NCBI GenBank assembly: GCA_036845065.1
Contig: DAIUEP010000002.1
Coordinates: 8,566 to 67,210, forward strand
DNA length: 58,645 nt
Source: Xanthobacteraceae bacterium
GTDB taxonomy: Bacteria > Pseudomonadota > Alphaproteobacteria > Rhizobiales > Xanthobacteraceae
Reading direction: 5' to 3'
Both the position numbers and the translations under genes were made by a program. Numbering within the stretch: position 1 is the first letter of the stretch; the number at the start of each line of letters is the position of its first letter. Under the pieces are notes generated by a model. It was not told where the DNA came from. It saw nothing but the letters and a program-made list of their open reading frames with translations, and searched no databases. Of the stretch, positions 43,980 through 51,928 are shown in pieces.

Positions 43980-45641
43980 CTATTCGTCCACGTTGCGCAC
44001 TTCGGTGTTCATAGGCACGTCCTTGCGCCGGCGCTGGGCGAGCCGCATGCCGGTCTCGAAGTAATCGCCGCGGGTCGCGCGCTCGGCCGCCTGCTCCATC
44101 TCCTCCGACCATTCGCCGAGCGAGTAGCCGAACCAGGGCGATTCCGGCTTGAGCTTGGGCAGCCCGAGCTCCTCCCAGATTACCTTGGCGCGCTCCATGA
44201 ACTCGCGCTTGGGCAGCGAGATCGGGGGGAAGTTTTCCTTCAAGGTGGCGTCGATCAGCACCGATGCATCCTGTCCGCCGTTGCGCTTGCTGCGGGGCCC
44301 ATGGCCCTGGTCGCGATGCGGCAGGATGTGGAAGTCGAGGCTCGGATTGGCGCGATAGGACATCGCCCACAGGATCGCATCGGCATTCTCCGGATCGATG
44401 TCGTCGTTGACCGCGATCACGTATTTGCCGGCCGCGCGATGCAGGATGGCGGCGCCATAAAGCGCGCGCCAGACCTCCGTCGCCGGCATGTCGCGTTCCA
44501 GGACCAGGAGCAGCACCTTGCGCATATTGGTCAACGGCTCGTGCATCGACACCCGCTTGACGCCTTTGATGCCGAGCGTGTTCTGCAGGAAGTTAAGGAA
44601 CAGAGGCTCCATGCCGACGCGCTTGATCAGGCTCGATTCGCTTGGCGTCACCTGCGAGATGATCGACGTCAGCACTGCGTCGCGCCGGCGCGTGATGCAG
44701 GTCACGTCCATGTAGGCGTTGAATTCCTGCAGGTTGACGTGGCCGTGCGACTCCCCGAACGGGGCCTCGGGCTCGAGGTATTCGGTGTCGATGAAGCCCT
44801 CGATGACGATCTCGGCCTCCGCCGGCACCAAGAGGTCGACGGTCTTGGCCTTCACCACGTTGAGCGGGGCGCCGACCAGCGCGCCTGCAACGTGCAGCTC
44901 GTCGAGCCGCTCCGGAATCTTCTGCACCGACGCGAAGGTGACGCAGGGCGGGGCGCCCAGCACGACCGCGGTCGGCAGCTTCTTGAAGCCGCGTGAGCGC
45001 AGCTTTTCCCAGTGGTTGTAGATGCCGGGCCGCAGCTCGAGCGAGGGGTTCATGCCGAGCCGGCGGGGCGCCTTCACGTGGCCCCGGTAGTTGCCCATGT
45101 TCTGGACGCCGGTGTCCGGGTCCTTGGTGATGTATTGCGAGAGCGTCGCGTAGGGGGCGACGTCCCAGCCGGGCGTCGAGATCGGCAGCGGAATGCCGTC
45201 AAGCCCGTTGCCGGGCTGATCGAGCGCCGCGCCTTCGATGACGATCTCGTGGCAGGGCGCGTCCTCGACGATGCGCGGCGGGATCGGATGTTGGATCGCA
45301 CGTATCCAGCGCTCGTCCATCTCCTCGAACGCGCAGCCGAGCCCGATACGATAGATCTCGCGGTTGGACGCCAGCCCGCCGACCAGGACCGGGATGTCGT
45401 ACTTGCGGCCCTTGCTGTCGACCACGTTGGTGAACAGGAACGCCTTGCGGTCCTTCTCCGCGATGCCGCCGCGGAACTGCCAGCGCACCAGGGGGTGCAT
45501 CTCGGTGTCTTTGTTGATCTCCCGGTCGACCCTGATCAGGAGCCCGGCTTTGTCGAGCGTGCGGATGTGATCGTGCAGGTCGGGATAGGAGCGCTCGAGG
45601 GCGGGCGGTGTTGTCTTCTTGTCGTCGGTGACTGCGTCCAT
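43980..45641 (-). CDS. UbiD-family (prenyl-FMN-dependent) decarboxylase
   Basis: DLHDHIRTLDKAGLLIRVDREINKDTEMHPLVRWQF...PVLVGGLASN...MGNYRG...APFGESHGH is the UbiD pattern. The ATG at 45641 follows GAGGG. Confidence 0.85.
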   Translation of the reverse strand: MDAVTDDKKTTPPALERSYPDLHDHIRTLDKAGLLIRVDREINKDTEMHPLVRWQFRGGIAEKDRKAFLFTNVVDSKGRKYDIPVLVGGLASNREIYRIGLGCAFEEMDERWIRAIQHPIPPRIVEDAPCHEIVIEGAALDQPGNGLDGIPLPISTPGWDVAPYATLSQYITKDPDTGVQNMGNYRGHVKAPRRLGMNPSLELRPGIYNHWEKLRSRGFKKLPTAVVLGAPPCVTFASVQKIPERLDELHVAGALVGAPLNVVKAKTVDLLVPAEAEIVIEGFIDTEYLEPEAPFGESHGHVNLQEFNAYMDVTCITRRRDAVLTSIISQVTPSESSLIKRVGMEPLFLNFLQNTLGIKGVKRVSMHEPLTNMRKVLLLVLERDMPATEVWRALYGAAILHRAAGKYVIAVNDDIDPENADAILWAMSYRANPSLDFHILPHRDQGHGPRSKRNGGQDASVLIDATLKENFPPISLPKREFMERAKVIWEELGLPKLKPESPWFGYSLGEWSEEMEQAAERATRGDYFETGMRLAQRRRKDVPMNTEVRNVDE

Positions 45642-45688
45642 GTCCGCCCTCAATATCGAGCGGCCGGTTCTGCTGCGGCCGCTCAGGT

Positions 45689-45723
45689 AAGAAAAAACGC
45701 CGGGCCCTGGGAAGAGCCCGGCG
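45689..45723 (-). terminator. rho-independent terminator
   Basis: The minus strand reads CGCCGGGC-TCTTCCCAGG-GCCCGGCG followed by TTTTTTCTT. It lies 19 nt after the stop of the 45742-46617 gene. Confidence 0.85.
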
Positions 45724-45741
45724 CCTGGTCCGTTGTCGTGG

Positions 45742-46617
45742 TCAGCCGACGACGAGCGCGGCGTGCTGGCTCTGGCCTTCGCTCATGCCGCGCGCCTTCA
45801 TCCAGTCATAGGCGCGGCTGAACGTCGTCACGTCGTAATAGTCGACATGCTTGTAGTGCACGAATGCGCGCAGCAGCTCGTTCGGCTTGAGGGCGCCCTT
45901 GGCGTGCGCGGTGACGTGGTGGGCGTACTTGTAGAAGTCGGCGTTGATCATATCGACCGCCTCGTTCTCGGCGTCGTAGTAGGCCTTGCGCTGCTCCGCC
46001 GTCAGATCCGGCGCGATGACCTCGCCGCCGCGATAGAACGAGGCTGCGATGATGTGGGCGCCTTCCTTGAGGCCGAGGCTGATGAACGGCTCCATCACCG
46101 CGATCGCCCGCGCGCTGCCGCTCTTGAGCGCCGCATAACGCGCCTGCGGCAAGCCGCCGTTCTCGATCTTGACGTGGTCGATGCCGACCGCGCTTTCGAG
46201 CATTTGGATCACGGTGTAGTGCGAGCCGGTGAGCTCCTGCACCATCACGGGCACGTCCGCCATGTCGCGCGGCACCTGCAGCTTGTCGTCGTAGGTGAGG
46301 ATCGCCTGCGCGGCCACCGCCGCCCGCAGCGCCGCGATGTTGCCGCCGCGCTTGCCGCGCTCGAGCCGGTCGATGCTCGCCCACTCGCAGACGTTGTAGC
46401 TGTCGGCCTTGCCGCAATCGAACTGGCTCTCCTTGAGGCGCGCCATGAAGGCGGTCTGCGCGTCGTCCCGCTCGCGGTCCGCATAGGTGGCCGAGAAACT
46501 CACGTCGAGCCCGGCCTTGGCGAACAGGCCTTCCTCGATGCCCACGATCACGGGCAGGTCGAAAACCGGGTTGTTGGGCGCGATCTTGACGGTTGCCTTC
46601 ACTTGCGTCGCTGACAT
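45742..46617 (-). CDS. NMT1/THI5-like (periplasmic-binding-protein fold) protein without signal peptide
   Basis: VKIAPNNPVFDLPVIVGIEEGLFAKAGLDVSF... fits the NMT1-like family by pattern. There is no N-terminal hydrophobic leader. Confidence 0.55.
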   Translation of the reverse strand: MSATQVKATVKIAPNNPVFDLPVIVGIEEGLFAKAGLDVSFSATYADRERDDAQTAFMARLKESQFDCGKADSYNVCEWASIDRLERGKRGGNIAALRAAVAAQAILTYDDKLQVPRDMADVPVMVQELTGSHYTVIQMLESAVGIDHVKIENGGLPQARYAALKSGSARAIAVMEPFISLGLKEGAHIIAASFYRGGEVIAPDLTAEQRKAYYDAENEAVDMINADFYKYAHHVTAHAKGALKPNELLRAFVHYKHVDYYDVTTFSRAYDWMKARGMSEGQSQHAALVVG

Positions 46618-46817
46618 GGGTTCCTCGTCGGTTCTTGAAGTTACGCCTTGATTGGCCTTAAAGGGGTCTCATTCGGCCGCAATGGCCAATCCTCGCTGAT
46701 GCGGCAAATCTAGACCCCAGGGGCGCCGTTGCAAAGTGGCATCTTGTCATGCCGCGCAAGGAAAGCTTCGCAGGGCCGCTGGAATTGGAGCGCGACCTAG
46801 CCCCTTTCGCCCTTTCC

Positions 46818-47531
46818 CTAATGAGAGGCGGGTGTGGTGCCGAGCCATCCGGCCTCACGGGCGCCGTCGATCATCCACTGCTTGCGCATCGGGCCCTTGA
46901 AATGAAAGAGCTTGGGCCGATGCGCGGGATCGTGGATCATGTCGGGCAGGCAGGCGTAAAGCGATTCCCTGAGCCGGCCGACCGAGCGGCCGCCGGCCGC
47001 GATGACGTTGCGCATCGCCTCCTGATCACCGAACCACCGATGGAATTTGGCCGGCAGGCCATTGAGGTTGTCGAGGCAAGCAGACCAGAACTCGGCATTC
47101 CGGGCGATGACCGCGCAAGCCAGATACGGATAGACCTCATCCAGTGTGCGGCCCGCATATTCACGCAGGTCGAGATCCATGGCGGCAGGGTCCAGCAGCA
47201 TGTCCTTGTTGTATTCCCGCACGCAGACGGCGACGTCATGGTCGCTCAGCGCGCTGGCGGCATCGATGTGATCGGCGCAAACCATGTCGGTGTCGAGAAA
47301 GAGCGTCGGCTCATTGAAGGAGAGCCCGGCAAAGCAACGCAGCCGGAACGTCATGAGACGGCTGGTGTCACCATCGATCCGGACGACGTCATCGACGCCG
47401 GCAACGTCCGGGCTCCCACGATCGGTGCATTGTATGATGCGCGCCTCGGGATTCTGGTCGCGAATCGAACGGACCAGGATTTTCGGTAGCGTTGTGTCCT
47501 GCCCGACGTGAAGAAACGCCACTCGCAGCAT
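46818..47531 (-). CDS. hypothetical protein, possibly GT-A-fold glycosyltransferase-like
   Basis: The N-terminal beta-strand MLRVAFLHVG and the DxD-like FLDTDMV suggest a nucleotide-sugar transferase fold. The functional call is weak. Confidence 0.45.
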   Translation of the reverse strand: MLRVAFLHVGQDTTLPKILVRSIRDQNPEARIIQCTDRGSPDVAGVDDVVRIDGDTSRLMTFRLRCFAGLSFNEPTLFLDTDMVCADHIDAASALSDHDVAVCVREYNKDMLLDPAAMDLDLREYAGRTLDEVYPYLACAVIARNAEFWSACLDNLNGLPAKFHRWFGDQEAMRNVIAAGGRSVGRLRESLYACLPDMIHDPAHRPKLFHFKGPMRKQWMIDGAREAGWLGTTPASH

Positions 47532-47554
47532 TGCCCGCCCTTCCTGCTCAATGG

Positions 47555-48265
47555 TCAACGAATGCGCTCGCAAAGCAATTTTTGATGTTTTTCGGAATCA
47601 AGGATGGCGCGGGTCTTGAACTTCCGCTTCAGCGCATCCCACCCGGGATCCGGGACACTTTTGCGCTTGTCGAAGATCAGCAATCCGTTCACCGGCAGGG
47701 CTCGTTCAATATAGGGGACATATTCGGAGACCGGATAGTGGAAGCCCATCGAAATGTTCGAGAGGATGACGTCGACGGGCTCATGATTGAGCGGCTCAAG
47801 CCGCGGGTTGCAGAAGCTGATGTCGCGTTTGGCAAGGCCGTTTCGCTCGAGGAACGCCCGTGCGGTGGTGTTGTTGGAGTAGCCTGATCCTTTGGGGTTA
47901 TAGCCGTGCTGATGCTCATCGGATCGTTCGATGTCGATGAGGTAGAGCCGGCAGCGCTGCCGGCGATAGAGCAGCAGCTCGAAAATGCAAAGCCCGGGCC
48001 CGATGCTCGTGAGCGAATCGATTGCAGAGAGATCAACGTGTTGGGCAAGCAAGGCCACGTCGCGCTCGACTTCATCGATGACGGCCCCAATGAACGCCTC
48101 GCTGACGGCGGCACGTGACAGAAACGCCATGAGCGCGCTCTTATTCCCATTTGCGAACCAGTCGACCAGCGCATTTCCTCCGCCCAATGCGATCAGCGCG
48201 CCCGTTCGCTGGAGCGCCAGGTCGGCGAGATCCGCAGCGGAAAAAGTGAGGTCGATGCTCTCCAT
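47555..48265 (-). CDS. hypothetical protein, class I methyltransferase-like, markedly lower GC
   Basis: SIGPGLCIFELL...LYLIDIE resembles motif I plus the acidic residue, followed by VDVILSNISMGFHY and NGLLIFD. Sampled 60-nt stretches are about 48-52% GC against about 65% in the flanks. Confidence 0.5.
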   Translation of the reverse strand: MESIDLTFSAADLADLALQRTGALIALGGGNALVDWFANGNKSALMAFLSRAAVSEAFIGAVIDEVERDVALLAQHVDLSAIDSLTSIGPGLCIFELLLYRRQRCRLYLIDIERSDEHQHGYNPKGSGYSNNTTARAFLERNGLAKRDISFCNPRLEPLNHEPVDVILSNISMGFHYPVSEYVPYIERALPVNGLLIFDKRKSVPDPGWDALKRKFKTRAILDSEKHQKLLCERIR

Positions 48266-48498
48266 GGGGCCTCAAGCCTCGGGGACTGGCAGCTATACAG
48301 CCATTCTGCCGGCTCGATTCGAGAGGATATTGTGAGCGAGCCGCGAATGCAGCCGCACGCCCACTGAGCGAAGCGCTCTGTGGGAGGTCCACCGGGCAGG
48401 GACCGCGGAATGCCCGTGGGCCGTCGAGCGACGTTGCGGCATCGCCCGGTGTGAGCGGGTGTGGCGGCACTGCCGCCACACGGTCCGCCGCCGATCGT

Positions 48499-49080
48499 TC
48501 ACCCGTCCGACAGCGCGTTCGCCTCGAGCCCGCTGACCTGCACGTCGTAGCCGAAGGGATCGTCCATGTGCAGGCTGTGGCGGCCGGCTTCGCGCACGTT
48601 CTTGACGCCCATGGCGGTGAGCGCCGCCTTGGCGCGGTCGCGGTTGAAGTCGGCGACCGTGTAGCCGATGTGATCGATCACCGCCTGCGGCGTCGGCCGC
48701 GGCCGGTCGCCGCCGCGGGGCGGCGGCGCGTTCGGATTGGGCGTGCGGATGATCAGGTGGCTGAGCGGCACGTCCTTGGCAGTGACGCCGTAGGGCTGCT
48801 CGCCCTTCTTGCCGAACGGCAGCGCGACGTCGCGGGCGGTCGGGCCGATCTGCTCGAGGTTGAACACTTTCGAGTACCAGTCGGCGGCCTCCTTGAAGTT
48901 CGGGCAGGTGTAGGAGACGTGGTTGATGAGCTGCGCCTTGAGCGGCGTGTCGGCCTGCGCGGCCGCGCCGCCGGCCGCATAGGCCGAGGTGGCGGCAAAC
49001 GTCAGCGCCTCGATCAGCCGCCTGCGGCTGATCTTGCCGGTTTCGAACTCGTTGAGCTTGTGAGCGACGAACCCTTCCAT
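48499..49080 (-). CDS. VOC (glyoxalase/bleomycin-resistance/dioxygenase) family protein with Tat-like leader
   Basis: ISRRRLIEALTFAATSAYAAGGAAAQA, then INHVSYTCPNFKEAADWYSKVFNL ... IDHIGYTV. GGGAGG RBS. Confidence 0.75.
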   Translation of the reverse strand: MEGFVAHKLNEFETGKISRRRLIEALTFAATSAYAAGGAAAQADTPLKAQLINHVSYTCPNFKEAADWYSKVFNLEQIGPTARDVALPFGKKGEQPYGVTAKDVPLSHLIIRTPNPNAPPPRGGDRPRPTPQAVIDHIGYTVADFNRDRAKAALTAMGVKNVREAGRHSLHMDDPFGYDVQVSGLEANALSDG

Positions 49081-49091
49081 GATGGCCTCCC

Positions 49092-49628
49092 TTACTGTCC
49101 GCGCCGGAATGCGTCTTCTTCGACGATGTTGGCGAACTGGACGTCGTAGTTGAACGGGTCGAGGACGTGCAGGCTGCCGTCGCGGCCGCCCGAAATCTCC
49201 TGGCCCTTCGCCTTCATGGCGCCGCGCACGCTCGCTTCGTTCCAGTTGGAGAGCGTGAAGCAGATGTGATCGATCACGGCGCGCGCCGCCGGCCGATCGC
49301 TCGGCGTGGCGTTGCGGACGACAATGAAGGAGCCGCCCTTGCCGGGCGCGGGCCCGAACATCAGGTTGGCCCGCTTGCCGGTGTCCTTGCCGGGCGCGCT
49401 CTCGAGCCCGAACACCGAGGTGTAGAAGTCGCGCGCCTTGGTGTAGTCCGGGCACGAATAGGACAGATGATTGATGCCGAGGACCTTGAAGCCGGTGCCC
49501 GGCTGGGCTTGGGCGGCGTCGCCCGCGGCGTAGACGGCGGCGGCGAGCGCGACGGTCTGGCAGAACTCGCGGCGGTCGATGGCGCCGCCTTCGAATTGTT
49601 TGACGAGATCGGCGATGAATCGTTCCAT
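49092..49628 (-). CDS. VOC family protein with Tat-like leader (paralogue)
   Basis: IDRREFCQTVALAAAVYAAGDAAQA, then INHLSYSCPDYTKARDFYTSVFGL ... IDHICFTL. Confidence 0.75.
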   Translation of the reverse strand: MERFIADLVKQFEGGAIDRREFCQTVALAAAVYAAGDAAQAQPGTGFKVLGINHLSYSCPDYTKARDFYTSVFGLESAPGKDTGKRANLMFGPAPGKGGSFIVVRNATPSDRPAARAVIDHICFTLSNWNEASVRGAMKAKGQEISGGRDGSLHVLDPFNYDVQFANIVEEDAFRRGQ

Positions 49629-49704
49629 TGGATCCTCCCTCGATCGGGCCTTGCTGTGGCACGATCGGGGCGAGGTTAGCACATGGGCGTTCGGCGTGTG
49701 GGTG

Positions 49705-50196
49705 CTAACGCTGCCGCCGTCGCGCGTTGCGCTCCGCCCATTCCTTTGCGACCCGTTCCAGGTCACGATAGGTGGCCGGGGTGCCTTCGCCCGGCCGCTG
49801 GCGGACATATTGGATCAGGGGCTCGGCCATCTGATAGCTCCAGGGCAGTACGTCGCCCCAGTAGGCGTAGGACACCCGCTCGCTGAACACGCGCTCGTTG
49901 ATCCCGACCGAGATCAGCTCGCACACGTTCAGGAACGCGCGCACCCTGGCATGCTCCTCCGTGGCGACGAAGCTCTCCATCGAGGCCACGGCCGCAATGC
50001 CGGGCGCGATGCGCCGGAAGTCGCTGTAGAGCTCGATCCCGGTCGCATCCATCTGGGTCTTCAGAAAGAAGTCGATGGCGGCGCGCCTGCGCGCGATGCT
50101 GCGCTGGTTGAGAATGGAGATCCCCGCAATGATCGCCGCCAGAAGCGCTATCATTGCGGTGATCATCGGTGCCAATTCGGCTGCCGCACTTATCAT
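49705..50196 (-). CDS. DUF4760-like membrane-anchored protein
   Basis: An N-terminal TM (MITAMIALLAAIIAGISIL), then AIDFFLK...FLNVCELISVGINERVFSERV, which resembles DUF4760 from memory. Confidence 0.5.
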   Translation of the reverse strand: MISAAAELAPMITAMIALLAAIIAGISILNQRSIARRRAAIDFFLKTQMDATGIELYSDFRRIAPGIAAVASMESFVATEEHARVRAFLNVCELISVGINERVFSERVSYAYWGDVLPWSYQMAEPLIQYVRQRPGEGTPATYRDLERVAKEWAERNARRRQR

Positions 50197-50420
50197 GATT
50201 GCTGCCTCTCCTGCCGCTGCCAGTGCCTATTGAGAGCGTACATTAACGTGCCGACAAGGTCGCGCGCCACGTCCCGTGCCGCCCTGAATGACGCCAACCG
50301 GCGCGGACAAGTGATGGGCTGCGGCACCGGACGGGCAATTCCGAAAATGCCGGTGGTCTTATGGGATCGACCGCGTCATTATTTGAGACTGAGTTTTCGC
50401 TGGGAGCGTGGAGCATTCCG

Positions 50421-51275
50421 ATGTCGACATTGGCAAGAGGCCTCGATCGCGATCCATCCAGGACGCTGAAGCGTCCGGCTTTCGGCGCGAGCGTCGCGGC
50501 GGGCATCTGGCGCCCGACCCTGCAAGCAACGGCGGTGGTGGTCCTGCTCGCGGTGTCCGGTGTGCAGGCGCAGGCCCAGTTCCGCGACGTTCTGGTATTC
50601 GGCGCCGCGAGCCTCAAGAACGCGCTCGACGAGGCCAATAGTCTCTTCCTGTTCGAGAACGGCAGTGGGGTCGTGGTGTCCTATGGAGCGAGCTCGGCGC
50701 TGGCCAAGCAGATCGAGAACGGAGCGCCGGCCGATGTCTTCATCTCGGCCGACCTCGACTGGATGGACTATGTGGCCGAGCGCAAGCTGATCAAGCCGGA
50801 CACGCGCGCGAAGTTTCTCGGCAACAAGCTGGTCCTGATCGCGGCCGCCGACAGCAAGGTGGCGCTGACCATCGGGCCAAACTTCCCGCTCGCGCAGGCC
50901 CTCGGCAACGGCCGGCTGGCAATCGCCGACCCGGCCGCCGTTCCGGCCGGCAAGTATGGCAAGGCCGCGCTCGAGAAGCTTGGCGTGTGGGCCTCGGTCG
51001 CCGGCAAGATTGCGCCGGCGCAAGACGTGCGCGCGACGCTGCTCTTGGTCTCGCGTGGCGAAGCCCCGCTCGGCATCGTTTATCAGACCGACGCCGCCGC
51101 CGATAAAAACGTCAAGGTTATTGGCGCTTTTCCCGAATCGAGCCATCCGCCGATCGTCTATCCGATGGCGATCCTGGCCGGCTCCACCAACATCGTGGCG
51201 CCGGTATATCTGCAGTATTTGCTCTCGCCGAAGGCGGAGCCGTTCTTTGAGAAGAGAGGTTTCACGGTGTTCTGA
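50421..51275 (+). CDS. modA: molybdate ABC transporter substrate-binding protein
   Basis: VLVFGAASLKNALDE...SYGASSALAKQIENGAPADVFISAD...AIADPAAVPAGKYGKAALEKLGVW...VRATLLLVSRGEAPLGIVYQTDA is classical ModA. Confidence 0.9.
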   Translation: MSTLARGLDRDPSRTLKRPAFGASVAAGIWRPTLQATAVVVLLAVSGVQAQAQFRDVLVFGAASLKNALDEANSLFLFENGSGVVVSYGASSALAKQIENGAPADVFISADLDWMDYVAERKLIKPDTRAKFLGNKLVLIAAADSKVALTIGPNFPLAQALGNGRLAIADPAAVPAGKYGKAALEKLGVWASVAGKIAPAQDVRATLLLVSRGEAPLGIVYQTDAAADKNVKVIGAFPESSHPPIVYPMAILAGSTNIVAPVYLQYLLSPKAEPFFEKRGFTVF

Positions 51276-51928
51276 CGCAGCCGCGCACGATCAGAATACC
51301 GCCCGTAGCCGATAGCGTTTCGGCCTGTCGTCGCGAACTATCTCTTTGTCATCGCAAGCAAAGTCGAGCGCGTTCGATTAAGCGACGCGCCCCATCGTGC
51401 GCATTCATGCACGGTCAAAGACCAGGCTCACCTCGGAAGAAGGCGATCGTGCAAGCGCCTGTCGGCCTTGCATGTGGACAACAAGAGACGCCGCGGTCGT
51501 GCGATCACGGCAACAGGCATCGCTCTTGCAGATCTGCTGCGGCGCCATTGCACGCCAGGCCGCACGTCATGGCGGAGTGATGCATAGGGTAAGCGAGTGA
51601 CGCGATGTCGACGTAGAGCCGCGCAGCATTCCACAAGAGTCAGACAAAGAGTGACGCACGAACGATTTGTTTCTGTTGCGGCGTTGGGAATACGAGACTG
51701 GAGTGCGCTGCAACACAACGGGAGAGTCACGAGAGAGAGAGACAGCCGTACTGCGCTGCGCGAATGTGATTTTTGATGGCCGGTAATCGCGCGTTATAAC
51801 TTCATATTTTCTTAAAGACGCGCGATCTTAAGTTGCAAAGGAATATGTGTCGGCGTACGGTGCGACACTTCGTCATACGACTCTTTGTCAAGCGACTAGA
51901 AAATTCTTTCGCGTGCGGGAGGCGACGA

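Noticed and set aside
48499-49662. 387-aa ORF read as a single protein
   Set aside because: Only the C-terminal 193 aa (from MEGFVAHK, with a GGGAGG RBS) are VOC-like. The upstream part is an out-of-frame overlap with the second VOC gene (49092-49628).
50197-50420. Moco riboswitch upstream of modA
   Set aside because: I could not recognise the conserved Moco RNA motif elements by eye. This needs an Infernal/Rfam scan before any claim.
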